64,000 bases of DNA from Eledone cirrhosa (lineage: Eukaryota): contig OZ024752.1 in the NCBI GenBank assembly GCA_964016885.1, positions 36,766,001-36,830,000 on the forward strand. The letters run 5' to 3'. Both the position numbers and the translations under genes were made by a program. Below the pieces are notes generated by a model. It saw only the letters and a list, made by a program, of their open reading frames with translations, did no database searches and was not told the DNA's origin. This document shows, in pieces, positions 13,904 to 26,250 of this stretch. Each line of letters opens with the position of its first letter. The first letter of the stretch is position 1.

Positions 13904-14735
13904 CTTAAACTTTCATTTGCATTTTCTCTACATGTGTTCAACGGTGTTTCAACAAAATTGTGAAAGTATTTACTTCCTCAGTTATGAAATTTAATGTCTT
14001 CCCATGGATGTACAATATCCCAGTGTGTATTATGAGTCGGACTAAAAAAAGGTTGGCACCTGGAAGCATATTTGGTGTAAAACCTTGCTTCAAAAAGTAT
14101 CCCATGCTTTGATGCTGGCAGTACTACCTTTTTCTTTAATCGAGAGTAGGGGGTGGCTTTGATGACTTTGTGTAATGACAGTCGATGGTAGTTAATCCAG
14201 AGGACTTCTATTAGCCAGTTGTGCCAGCATAACTATTGTGGCTGTTTTCTGCACCTGTGTAATTAGGCCAGAAGCTTACCTCACTAAAACCAGTTGTATA
14301 TTCAAAATTCATCTTAGAATACAACAAATACTGTTTTAAAAGAAGTTGTAAGGTCTATACCTTTAATTAATTGCTTTAATTCTTTTAGTTTTGTTTTCTG
14401 AATTTAAAAGGTTAAAAAAATTTCCCATTCTTTGTCATTTTTAGTTTTTAAATATGTCCAAATCCCTAAATTTCCCATGTAAAAAAATTATAAAAAATTG
14501 TTTGTTTATATGTACTTTTGTGTGTTGTTTTTTTACCATAGAGACTTTTATATGAATCTAGACAATGTAATGTTTTTCTCTGTTCATCTTTAAGTATATA
14601 TATCTGTCTTTATTATAATGGTTTGTTGAAAAACATTCAAGAATTTCAGTAATATATATGTATACATATATATATATATATATTTTTTTTTTTTTTCATT
14701 TGTAGATTTCACCATGAGCTATTTAGATATTCAGC

Positions 14736-17708
14736 ATGCCAGAAGCTACTAGTCTTGGAAATTTCTACCTCTCACCAAATCACAAAAATGATCAAAACAG
14801 TTTAAACCAACAACTCTACAAGAAAGAAATCAACAGTTCTGTAAATTTGTTACCAATTCCTGAACAACAGTTACAAACACAATCTGCTAAAATGGATTCT
14901 TTAACTTTAATTCCAAGACCCATAGATGTGATGAAGTCTAAATCTTTCAATCAATTAAACACCGTCTGTTATAGTGGAGATCCTCTTAGGATCAATCCTC
15001 CTGCCCAAATTAAGGGTGACATGAATGTCTGCTCTGTGACAAAGAACTTTACTGATGTATTCCCCAATGACTCTTCATTTTCCTGCTTGAAGAAAACTTC
15101 AGATTTTGAGTGTATACCAATAGCAGGGACATCTTTGCATCCTGGCACTGGGCACCTCCCTTGTGGTAGTACACCACTTGTGGCATTCGTTAACCCAACA
15201 GCTACTTCGTTAATGTCCCAGAACCTGAAACCTGTTTCATCAACTTCTAATTCTTCTCCTGTCTGCTCAAGTAGCCAAGCTACTGGAAAAAATAACTTAC
15301 AACAACAACAATCTGCTCAACAATTAATATTTGTTAAGCCTTCTGTCTCACAATCAAAATCAGACACTTTTGTGATTGCTACAGGGGAAAAACCAAATAG
15401 TTTTCTGAAGCCGGCATCACAAACATTCTTTGGAAATGATTGTACTAAACTTATACCGGTGGCAACTATTGTACCAAACAATGCTTCTCTTATTACAAGT
15501 TCAAAAAGGAGTGTCAATTCTCATCTCCGTGGAGAACCAATTCTTACAAGTCAAAATTTCAAACAGTTCAAGGATGATAAAATTTCATCAAGTACAAAAA
15601 TGTCTTTACCACATTCTTCTGCAGCATTCTACTCCAATTCCAATAATAATAATATCATGACCACTTCTTCATCATTACCATCTCCATTGCTCTTCTCTTC
15701 ATACAACCCCAAACTGTCTGACCATACAGCTTCGATGTCAGCACAACCATTAAACCTAACACTTCAAATTGTTCCACAGCCTTTTACAAACATTGAATCA
15801 CAGAAAACGTGCTCTAATCAAGTGCGAAAGTCTAAATACGTTCCTATTCAACAGTTTTATCATCCTAACATGACTCTTCATTCACTGCCAAATTCTCATC
15901 CTCACCTTAATCAAAATAATCAACTCCAAATGTTTTATAGACCTGTTTCTCATAATTGCTTCACTACTCCACCTATGGAGTTTAGTCAATTTCCAAACCA
16001 AACTATACCACTACAAAGATCTCAACCACTTGATTCAAAGTTTGCTCTTGGTTCTCCTTACGGACAATTCATAAACTCGGTCAGTCGAGAGCAAAATAAT
16101 AGTAATTCAGTTTCTCGAGGGCATCAAATAAACTCTGTCCCCTACAATCATCCCACCAATCATACCCCATCTCATTATACTCAGGGAGCTTTCACTAACA
16201 CTTCTCTTTTGACAAACCCAGTTTTACTCAATACTATGGACAGTAATTGTTCTGATCCTCCACTTGCTCTGAAAATAGATTCAATATATTCTCTTGCGGA
16301 CAATTCCGATAACAAATGTGATCTCAATTTAGTTTCTTCAGGTTTTAAATCATCAAAATTAGGTTTTAATATTTCAGATAAAATTTCAGCAGAGTCCAAG
16401 GAAAATGTGAAAACAAAACGGAAACCAAGTTTGCAAAGACCACGGGGACGTCCGCCACAAAAAGGTCCCAAACTTGTAAATAAAAAACAGCAGCAGCAGC
16501 GGGACAACAAACCTAAAAAGATCAAAGCAAGTAAACCACTTAGGGAATCTAAATCTGTGTTTAGTAACAATATGCCTATTAGTAGGAAAGATATTACCGT
16601 AAGTTGTCACGCTAATGACTTTGAAAGTTTAAAACCTATTACTGATGAGGAACGCAAACTTAACAGCTTCTTTAAATATCTCGGACTTTGTCGTAGTTCA
16701 ACAGTTAATACAGATAAATCTAAAAAATGTTGCGACTTATCTGGTGCAGGTGGGGGTAAGAAAATTAGCAGCCATTGCTATGTCTCTAGGGAATTGGCAC
16801 GTTGCTTTAGTTGTTATCTTGTTGTTCCCAAATTAAATCTTCCTAAAGACTTCTCCTTAATGAATGCCAATGACAGTTTAGCTACGGTGAAAACTTCAGA
16901 AAAATGTTCAAAGGAATGTCGACATAATTTTCTCAATGTGTTAGATTCCACAACTGGAATCATTCCAAGAAATGGTGAAATAGATTCATATTGGAAAATT
17001 ATTCCCGAAATTACTAAGTGTGCTCATACAAGGAAAAAATATTGCCGAAAGTCTAAGATGAAAGCTATTGCTAATGGTATCGGCTCTGAATGCAAATGTG
17101 TTGGATGTATTAACTGCCCCTCAAAGAAACCTGTGAATCACGGAAAGTTAAATTATTTGAAGAAAAAAGTGAAGACAGATATTTCATCATCTCCAAGGAT
17201 GAATGTTCTAAAAGGAATACGTGAAAAAATATCCACAAAATACTCAAAGAAAGAATTTGCTTCTACTAGTAAATTAAAGAAAAATATTAAGAAAGAAGAC
17301 GTGAAGCAATTCAACAATGGTTTTAGAACTGATAAAATATTGTATCCCATAGAAAAGAACAAATTAAAAACCGAAAAGTTTATTGAAAAACCTGATATAA
17401 AAATTGAAAATAAACAAGCAGAATGTAACGGTGTGATGAATAATATATATCAAGATAGGGCTTACTTTCACGAGGCAGCAGAAATGAAACCCAGGTTAAC
17501 ATTTTCAGATACTTCAAAGCCTTTATCGGAACTTGAGATTCCTGTAAAAAATAATTTACCATTAATTGATTCTTCCTGTGACTCTTCTGATCGTATTAAA
17601 CGACTGAAAGAAATTTTAAAAGAGCAAGAAAGAGATTTAGAAATTGCACGGCAGTATCTTTTGTCGAATGAAAACCAAACAGAAAGTTTTCAAAGTCTAA
17701 CAAATTAA
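14736..17708 (+). CDS. 990-aa low-complexity nuclear protein with an AT-hook and an LRIF1-like C-terminal coiled coil
   Basis: Long non-repetitive ORF; acceptor TTTTCATTTGTAG ends at 14705 with an in-frame stop before the ATG; RPRGRPP AT-hook; basic NLS-like tracts; C-terminal DRIKRLKEILKEQERDLEIAR resembles the LRIF1 terminal coil (from memory). Confidence 0.85.
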   Translation: MPEATSLGNFYLSPNHKNDQNSLNQQLYKKEINSSVNLLPIPEQQLQTQSAKMDSLTLIPRPIDVMKSKSFNQLNTVCYSGDPLRINPPAQIKGDMNVCSVTKNFTDVFPNDSSFSCLKKTSDFECIPIAGTSLHPGTGHLPCGSTPLVAFVNPTATSLMSQNLKPVSSTSNSSPVCSSSQATGKNNLQQQQSAQQLIFVKPSVSQSKSDTFVIATGEKPNSFLKPASQTFFGNDCTKLIPVATIVPNNASLITSSKRSVNSHLRGEPILTSQNFKQFKDDKISSSTKMSLPHSSAAFYSNSNNNNIMTTSSSLPSPLLFSSYNPKLSDHTASMSAQPLNLTLQIVPQPFTNIESQKTCSNQVRKSKYVPIQQFYHPNMTLHSLPNSHPHLNQNNQLQMFYRPVSHNCFTTPPMEFSQFPNQTIPLQRSQPLDSKFALGSPYGQFINSVSREQNNSNSVSRGHQINSVPYNHPTNHTPSHYTQGAFTNTSLLTNPVLLNTMDSNCSDPPLALKIDSIYSLADNSDNKCDLNLVSSGFKSSKLGFNISDKISAESKENVKTKRKPSLQRPRGRPPQKGPKLVNKKQQQQRDNKPKKIKASKPLRESKSVFSNNMPISRKDITVSCHANDFESLKPITDEERKLNSFFKYLGLCRSSTVNTDKSKKCCDLSGAGGGKKISSHCYVSRELARCFSCYLVVPKLNLPKDFSLMNANDSLATVKTSEKCSKECRHNFLNVLDSTTGIIPRNGEIDSYWKIIPEITKCAHTRKKYCRKSKMKAIANGIGSECKCVGCINCPSKKPVNHGKLNYLKKKVKTDISSSPRMNVLKGIREKISTKYSKKEFASTSKLKKNIKKEDVKQFNNGFRTDKILYPIEKNKLKTEKFIEKPDIKIENKQAECNGVMNNIYQDRAYFHEAAEMKPRLTFSDTSKPLSELEIPVKNNLPLIDSSCDSSDRIKRLKEILKEQERDLEIARQYLLSNENQTESFQSLTN

Positions 17709-18041
17709 ACAAAAAAAAACAAAAAAAACCAAAAAAAAAAAACCAACAATCTACAGATCTACAGATGTAAACAGTCTACAGATGTAAACAATCTACAGAT
17801 GTAAAGATTCAGTATTTTAAAAATAGTTATAGTTTTAGCACACACTAAACTTTTTACATTCAAGCACAGATTTATACAAAAAAAACACACACATACAATC
17901 AGTCATGCATATACATACATAGTTGTATGTATAACCATAATACCTTTTTTCATATTTAGATTCATGTTTGCATCCTTACATGCAATGCATGTGTACATAT
18001 ATTCATGCACATACATATATATATATATATATATATATGTG

Positions 18042-18072
<31 letters not shown>

Positions 18073-18309
18073 CAAAGAGAGAGAGACATACAATGTGTAG
18101 TGCATGTATGTGTTTGACTATTAAAACAATTTCAAGTGCCTAATTTAAGTTACGGTCAGTTGGTACATTGCTAGCGCCGTTCTACTACTTCCTAGTCATA
18201 CAACAGTCCAGTTTGCTAATGAAGATCGTTTGACTTGTTCATTAAAACTAGAATTTCCCTTAATTGAAACGTGGCCTCTATTTAAAAAAAAAAAATTATA
18301 TTTCCTTTG

Positions 18310-18415
18310 TACATATATATGTATATATATATATATATATATTATATGTATAATATATATATATAAAACATGTATATATTTGTGTATTTATATATATAAA
18401 ACATGTATATATTTA

Positions 18416-18461
<46 letters not shown>

Positions 18462-18521
18462 GTATATATTTATGTGTATATATATATATAAAACATGTAT
18501 ATATTTATGTGTGTATATATT

Positions 18522-18573
<52 letters not shown>

Positions 18574-18664
18574 GTATATATTTGTGTGTGTATATATATA
18601 TATAAAACATGTATATATTTGTGTGTGTATATATATATATATATATATAAAACGTATATATTTA

Positions 18665-18709
<45 letters not shown>

Positions 18710-18710
18710 T

Positions 18711-18750
<40 letters not shown>

Positions 18751-18874
18751 GTATATATTTATGTGTATATATATATATAAAACATGTATATATTTATGTG
18801 TATATATATATATATATATATAAAACATGTATATATTTATGTGTGTGTATATATATATAAAACGTATATATTTA

Positions 18875-18905
<31 letters not shown>

Positions 18906-19035
18906 TTATGTGTGTGTGTATATATATATATATATAACACGTATATATTTATGTGTGTGTGTATATATATATATATATAAAACATGTATATATTTATGTG
19001 TGTGTGTATATATATATAAAACATGTATATATTTA

Positions 19036-19077
<42 letters not shown>
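18310..19077. repeat. Compound (TA)n/(TG)n minisatellite
   Basis: Repeated AAAACATGTATATATTTATGTGTG(TA)n units. Confidence 0.92.
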
Positions 19078-19079
<2 letters not shown>

Positions 19080-19809
19080 GTAGAAATTGAAACAAGTAAA
19101 CAAAGCCATCAGGCATTGTTAGTGTTTGAAATAATATTCAGTGGCTTTAAAAAGTAAAGAATAATTTCATCTTGGCACTGAATTTCATTTCTTAAATCTT
19201 GCCTAGCAATGTGAACAATGTTTGAGACAATGAAAAGAATGGTAAATAAAGTTGGTTCATTATTTACAATTATTAATTAACATTATGAAAATATCAACTT
19301 ATTTATTAAAAAAAAAATTATATTGTAATAATATTTAACAGCGGTTTTGAGAAAACTCTGTGACATCATTTAGATTTTTCACTGCCCAGTAAAAACTGTG
19401 TCCGGAATTGACAATTCAATTCAATTCAAAATTTTATCCACTATGAATTGGAAATGGTTTTAAATTTTTTATAAATCTATTAAAATTTGCAAGTTTTTAT
19501 TTTGCGCCTTTATAGATCCTGTACTCCTGAAACTTGATTTTCAGTTCAAGTTTGTAGAACTCATCCACCATTGATAGTGAGTAAAAACAAAAAAAAAAAC
19601 ATCTGAAATCAATGTTATTGTCTTTATTATCAACATTGAAGTCACAAACATAATATAATCATCACCATTGTCATCATCGTGATTTTAGCATGTTTAACCC
19701 TTTAGCATCTACATTGCTCTATATACACTATTGTATTTTTATGGTGAAGGCTTTATTTTACAAAATTATCTCCTATAATATTGAATCTATGAGTCGTTGG
19801 TATTATTTA

Positions 19810-19995
19810 TGGCGGTGTATTGGCAGAGGGTCGGACGCCATGCTTTGCAGCAAGGAGTTACGGCCCTTTATGGTCTCAGTTTAAATCCCGCCGAGGTTAA
19901 CTTTGCCTTTCATCCTTACGGGGTCGATAAAATAAAGTACCAGTAATACACTGGGATAATTGCTGGCCTTGTGCCAAAAGTAGAAACAATTATTT
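19810..19995 (+). mobile_element. tRNA-derived SINE (family 1), near full length
   Basis: GGCGGTGTATTGGCAGA head, GTTTAAATCCCG B-box-like, body CTTTGCCTTTCATCCTTACGGGGTCGATAAAATAAAGTACCAGT, AT-rich tail. Confidence 0.8.
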
Positions 19996-21163
19996 ATTTT
20001 GAGAACAATACCTTATCATTAGTATGAGCAGCCGGTTTGAACAGAAAGAGGTAAGAGAATTCTGGCCAGATATGGCTGGTTTAAATGCTAAAAGTTTAAA
20101 GTCCATTTTCCCTGCTAGCGAGGGTTGGACCATCACAGACTGGTCAGTACTCAATACACTATTGTATTTTTGTGTAAAAGCTTTGTTACATAATTCATCA
20201 TCATTTTACGTCTGCTTTTCCCTGCTTGCAAGGGACTCTATGAGACATTAGTAATATTTATTTTGAGAACAATACCTTAACATGTATGAGCAGCCGGTTA
20301 CAGCCAGTTTGTACAGAAATAGGTGAGAGAATTCTGGCTGGATATGGCTGGTTTAAATGCTAAAGGTTTAAATTCCATTTTCCCTAGCAAGGGTTGGACA
20401 TGCCATCACAGACTGGTCAGTACTCAAACAGATGGTGCCTGTAATCTCCAGGTGAGCTGGGTGCCCAACAAATGATCCCATACTTTACAGAATGTGTTTT
20501 ATCATGGCATCAACACGAGGGTTATCACAGACCAGGTCAGTAATCAACTGCCAGGTCCCTGTGAGCTGGGTGCCCAATAAACAATCCCATGCTTTACTTG
20601 AGTGTGTTTTATCGTGGCATCAACACTAGGGAAACTGTCATGTTTTGGGGGCATAGCTAAAGAATCTTCCCAACCTTTTGTTGGCTGGCTTTCTATGGCT
20701 GGATGCCACTTCCTATCACCAACCACTTTGCAGAGTGTACTGGGTGTATTTATTTTGTAGATCAACACTATAGAGGTCATGCCCTTGACACAATTGAAAA
20801 TAACTTTTATTGGCATAATTTCTATGGCATTTTAGTAACGTTGGGGGTATGACGACATCTATAATGCTGCTATGATAAAATACACCCAGTGTGCTCTGTA
20901 AAATGGTATAATGGTTGGTGTTAGGAAATGTTTACTGCTGAAGAAACCATTACCAAAAATGGCATGCATCAGTAAGTCATAACTGTGAATAAGAACTGAC
21001 ATAGACTGTGACAATCTGTACAACCCATGCCAGAAAATGATGATAATGGTTGTTATAGTTCTGCTTCATCAAATCTGACCTGGGTCCAGACAACAACCTT
21101 TTGGTAACAAAATGCATGTAATGAGGTTTGTTGGCTATATCTGAATATAGCAGAAATGGTCCA

Positions 21164-21545
21164 GTCCACTCTATAAAGTGGTCGTGTTAGTGTCACGATA
21201 AAAAGCACTCGGTTCACACTAGGGTGTCATCACAAAAAACGCGCAGTCCACACTGTAAAGTGGTCGTGTTGGTGTCACGATAAAAAGTTTTCAGTCAACA
21301 CTGTAAAGTGGTCGTGTTGGTGCCGCGGTAAAAAAACACCCAGTCCACACTGTAAAGTCATGTTAGTATCACTAAAAATTTTCACTCCACACTGTAAAAG
21401 TGATCGTGTTGGTGTCACGATAAAAAGTTTTCAGTCAACACTGTAAAGTGGTCGTGTTGGTGTCACAATAAAAACCACCCAGTCCACACTGTAAATGTGG
21501 TTGGCATTAGGACGAACATCCAGCCGAAGAAACTAAACCAGAAAC
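21164..21545 (+). repeat. ~45-50 bp tandem repeats derived from a SINE-like body
   Basis: CAGTCCACACTGTAAAGTGGTCGTGTTGGTGTCACGATAAAAA repeated about 7 times; inverse copies at 24430-24710. Confidence 0.75.
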
Positions 21546-21710
21546 AGTTCTGTATAAGCAAGACATGATCACCTAATCTGACTTGTCTCACAACGAGACA
21601 AAACAAACTCTTATTAGGGTCACTCTTAGGATGAAGTGGACATTCAAGCATGGTCCTAATAAGGCTTTGTGTTTTTGCATCCCTGTGTTTGTTTTGTTTT
21701 ATTTGTTCAA

Positions 21711-21746
<36 letters not shown>

Positions 21747-23144
21747 ATATAGATCTAGCTGTCGAAACGGCCGGAATTTAGCCGTCGGGGTCCTGACTCT
21801 TTTCCTATTTCATATATATATCAATTTAAATCCGTCATGGGTAAACTGCGACCCGTTTGGCTTTCTGAATGCTTCGCCTAGTTTGAAAAAAAATTGCCTT
21901 GAATTCTTTAGCTGATGAGCCACATTTTATGCGGCCCACTGCTGGAAAAAAGGTTACTCCTGTCTGATTTAAATAATAGTACTAACTAATCTGAGCTTCC
22001 AGATGTTATAACTGGCAATAACACAGTAAAGGAGACATCTGTTCCTTACCAGATGACCTTGTACTGGCCGATTACCTTCCAGATCAAACTGTTATTTCAC
22101 TATATAAATCTTACTACTTGATATTGACATTAACTTGTACTCATGAGGAAAACCACGTAGTTGTACTGTTCCAGTGTACTGATGATAATAATAGTAATAA
22201 TAATAGCAATAACAGCCACGACTGACGTCATTCCTACTCCACTGTTGATTAGGAGAAGCCAAGAAAAGTATGCAGCTGAGAAAATACCTGATCCGACATA
22301 TAACTATTTTACTTATGCAATGCAAACGCTGGAAAATGAATGAAAAATACTATATATTTATATATATATACACATAGATAATACACACACACATATATAC
22401 ATATAGTAATAATAAATGTGAAGACTAAAATCCATAAGGATTATATATATATGCGCTAGTTTCGGTTATTTGTCGGAGATTTCTTCATAGAAGCCTCATT
22501 CTTATAGCCTGGTCTATTCGATTTTTTATATGGTTGATTATACTAATTGGGAGAGGAAATAGTATATATTTTATCTTGTGATTCTATAGACATGTTTTAT
22601 GATATATATATATATATATATAGAGTAAATATTTATTATAAAGGGTGAAAGTAGCGATTCTTTGCTTAAACTTTAATCTGTTCTTATATATATATAAGAG
22701 AGTATTGAAGATTTACCCATTTGCATTGTCGAGGCTTCCAAACGACTTAAAGATATTTACATATATATATATATATATTCTCCTGTCTAACTACATAGAT
22801 GGTTTTTGATTTAGGGGGAGAGAAAAGTGGATTAAATTGACCACAGTGTCTTACTGGTTATTTATTTTAGCTACCTCGTAAGGGTGATAGTCAAAGCAAA
22901 CCTCGGTAAAGGTGGTAACTATATGCCGTAAAGCATATCATCCGGCGCTCTACCGATACTATCAGTTAGATGTACTTTGGAGAGGAAAAAACCTCCTTGC
23001 AATATCATATTATAAAACCTAATGTAGATCGGGAACTGGGATTAGTTACTGATGTCTGTGTTCAAGTTGGCTTCACTGTCCACCAGTACAGAGATTATAA
23101 ACAACATGACTGAGACATCGAATAAAGTTCAGCCTTCACAAGGA

Positions 23145-23392
23145 TTGAGTCTCCCTTGCCTTCTGTCGGCCTAGCAGCCGAACAGCAGTGCATGGCTCAA
23201 TTCGGTGCCCTTTTCATCAACCCGTACCTTTCTTGATGATAGATAAGTGCACCTGGGTCCACGTAGCCTTGAGTCTCCCTTGCCTTCTGTCGGCCTAGCA
23301 GCCGAACAGCGGTGCATGGCTCAATTCGGTGCCCTTTTCATCAACCCGTACCTTTCTTGATGATAGATAAGTGCACCTGGGTCCACGTAGCC
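23145..23392. repeat. Near-perfect 124-bp tandem duplication
   Basis: TTGAGTCTCCCTTGCC...GTCCACGTAGCC starts at 23145 and at 23269. Confidence 0.92.
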
Positions 23393-23972
23393 CCGCTCCT
23401 TGTATATCGCGTCTGCAAGTTACACCAAAATGTCTTCGTTTGGCCACTTTAAACAAGTTTGGGCTACATTTACTCTCTTGTCGCCATAGTGGGGGATCGT
23501 TTTTTTTTCGTCACGTCGCTTTTGATTGACGACATTAAGAAAGGCTCCCGGACATGTCCGCACTTCTGTCTCATCTCAAGTATGTCGTCTTCGACCGCGA
23601 TGCCGGTAATCGCCCAGACGTGGTAATCCTTTTGTTTTGTTTTTTTTTCGTTTGAGGAGAGTGAATCACTCACCTGGAATAAAACATCTGGCACTTTCTC
23701 CGGTGCCAACCTCATTACCACCGTCTGCAGTGTAGAGGAGCAGAAGATGATAATATGCCAGGTATTCACTGTCCGTTTTCTTTTTGTATAAACATATATG
23801 TATATAAAGATATATGGGATAACAAGTTATCGTTTTAGGTAATCCAGTTAGAGGCTGTGAGTGCTCTGTACTATGGATAGTTTTAACGTACGGCGTTGTT
23901 TGACTCAACTAGAGGTTTCCTTAGATAGGTGGCGAGTTTGCGAGAATTCCCATACAGGTTATTCTTGGAGTA

Positions 23973-24246
23973 ATAGTGAAAGGGTGAAGAATAACATGGT
24001 CAGCTGTACAAAAAGGGTTTTATTTACAGTATTAACAATTGTTTCATTGATCAGGTGAGTCTAAAGGCCGCTGATCACTCCAAGTTGCGTCACTCGACCT
24101 TAAATACAGTGTGCGTCTCTGATCAAATCTCTAAGGTCGAGTGATCAGCGGCCTTTAGATTCACTTAATCAATGAAACAATTGTTAATACTGTAAATAAA
24201 ACCCTTTTTGTACAGCCGACCATGTTATTCTTCACTCTTTCACTAT
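23973..24246. mobile_element. Fold-back element (~108-bp arms) with the 3' half of a decayed hammerhead
   Basis: 23973-24080 is inverted at 24139-24246; GAAACAATTGTTAATACTGTA followed by AATAAA. Confidence 0.75.
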
Positions 24247-24429
24247 GTATATAAAGATATATATATATATATATGAGAGAGAGAGACTTCCTATATATAT
24301 ATATATATATATATATATCATCATCATCATCATCATCGTTTAACGTCCATCTTCCAAGCTTGCATGGGTTTGGACGGGAGTTTTCCCACTTGAGGCAAGA
24401 TTGGTTGTCCTGCTCGTATAGGACTGTCT

Positions 24430-24710
24430 GGCAGCTTTTCTACGGCTGGATGCCCTTCCTAACACCAACCACGTTTACAGTGTGAACTGGGAGGTTTTTA
24501 CTGTGTTACCTACACGGCCACATTACAGCGTGGACTGTGTTTTTTTGTCGTGACACCTACACGTCTGGCGGGTTTTCTACGGCTGGGTGCCCTTCCCAAC
24601 ACCAACCACGTTTACAGTGTGTACTGGGAGGTTTTTACCGTGTCACCTACACGGCCACATTACAGCGTGGACTGTGTGTATTTTTTTGTCGTGACACCTA
24701 CACGACCTCA
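24430..24710 (-). repeat. SINE-like element with internal tandem duplication and a (TCA)n tail
   Basis: TTCTACGGCTGG.TGCCCTTCC.AACACCAACCACGTTTACAGTGTG occurs twice; reverse of the 21164 repeats. Confidence 0.7.
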
Positions 24711-25420
24711 TTTGTTTCGGACTGGATGTTGTGGTACCAACATAACTTCACATTTAAGGGGCTGGTGTGGATGGGGTCGGGATAGTGGGACGGGGATGTA
24801 TTTTGTTTAAGCATCGTCTCAGTGTGTTGGTATTAAACGTTAGTTATGGCTCTGGTTTATCCGAACTATTGAGCACTTTGCCATACATTTCGAAGATTGT
24901 GTTTCGTTATTTCGTGGGCCGAAGTTCCGATTCTCGATAATTTATTTATATATATATATATAAGTTGAAACAATGAAATAAAAAATCAAGTCATTAGAGA
25001 TATACTTCACTGCTTTACGATCGTTTCTAGATGGTGACTGCGTATATATATATATTGGAAAATGTGTGAAATCCTTGGTGTAGTTAGATATATTTTAAAG
25101 AAGAGAAAGAAAGACTCCACTTTTATAATATTATGATAATCATAATATCATAAAATTAAATCATAGTTTAGAACTACAAGTGAAGTTATTCTTTTCCTTT
25201 TTTTAAATATATATGGACTTCTTTGATTGCAAAGCTACCCATATATTTATTGTATATAAACATAAAGTATATGTTTATGTTTTCATTTACATCCCTATTA
25301 TGGGTGCTTAAACACTGTCTTAGTGCTATTGCCAATAATAAATATATATTAAGTTTAACGAAGCTATCCGTTTACAATCTATCTAGCCCCGGCCGTTGTC
25401 TACTCACAAAAATTAATCTA

Positions 25421-25460
<40 letters not shown>

Positions 25461-25462
<2 letters not shown>

Positions 25463-25650
25463 AACGAGTAGGACCCCGACGGCTGAGCTCAAGCCGTTTC
25501 GACGGTTAATTCTGGACTGAATTAGCCGTCGAAACGGCTTGAGTTCAGCCGTCGGGGTCCTACTCGTTCCTATTACCCACTCTACTACCCTAAGTATTGA
25601 GTACTTTGGTGCGTTACGGTCCACCTGGTTCTTTACCACATTTCCTTCGT
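25461..25650 (+). mobile_element. Fold-back family A element (half hammerhead) in (TA)n
   Basis: 110-bp palindrome 25461-25570 plus an 80-bp unique tail; GAAA-CGGCT(TGAGTTC)AGCCG-TC is stem III plus a GUC site. Confidence 0.85.
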
Positions 25651-25690
25651 TATATATATATATATATATATATATGTACATGTATATATG

Positions 25691-25721
<31 letters not shown>

Positions 25722-25789
25722 ATATGTATATATCTGTGTATGTATATATATATATATGTGTGTGTGTGTATATGTATATGTGTGTGTGT

Positions 25790-25875
25790 GAAGGCGCGTG
25801 GCTTAGTGGTTAGAGAATTGGATTCGCCAATCGTGAGGTTGGGATTTTGATTCCATGACCGGGTGATGCGTTGCT
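25790..25875 (+). mobile_element. tRNA-derived SINE head (family 2)
   Basis: GGCGCGTGGCTTAGTGGTTAG A-box, decayed B-box; same family as 36153. Confidence 0.65.
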
Positions 25876-26012
25876 CCTTTCACCTGGATTTGCGACCGAC
25901 AGACAGTATTAGCAATTGGAAAGACCAAATGGAAACATTGTTTCTTCGGTCCTATTTAACGAGCTCCACCCCACTCGTTAAGCGAATATGGTCTGGGATC
26001 TTGTCGATCGAC

Positions 26013-26082
<70 letters not shown>

Positions 26083-26092
26083 ATATAGAAAT

Positions 26093-26143
26093 GGCTTCTA
26101 CAGGACTAGAACTGTTTCATTCGGGAGAAATCATCAGGAAGCC
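26093..26143 (-). ncRNA. Type I hammerhead ribozyme (family B)
   Basis: Minus strand reads GGCTTC-CTGATGA-TTTCTCCCGAAT-GAAA-CAG(TTCTAGTC)CTG-TA-GAAGCC. Confidence 0.8.
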
Positions 26144-26250
26144 ATTTCTATATTAAATATTTATACTCTATACTCTGCTATGTATTGAGAACCTTACTTA
26201 CTGTGGTTACCCCCAATTGAAGCCGGGATAAACTTTATATATATATATAT

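Noticed and set aside
18230-19109. YIYI-type ORFs here and at 49803-50651, 58747-59218 and elsewhere
   Set aside because: (TA)n microsatellite translation.
21905-21960. CTGATGA-GCC...GGC as a hammerhead
   Set aside because: No GAAA directly after the stem and no stem I or III.
22452-22500. Minus-strand ATGAAGA...GAAACTAG as a hammerhead
   Set aside because: Core is mutated and the stems do not pair convincingly.
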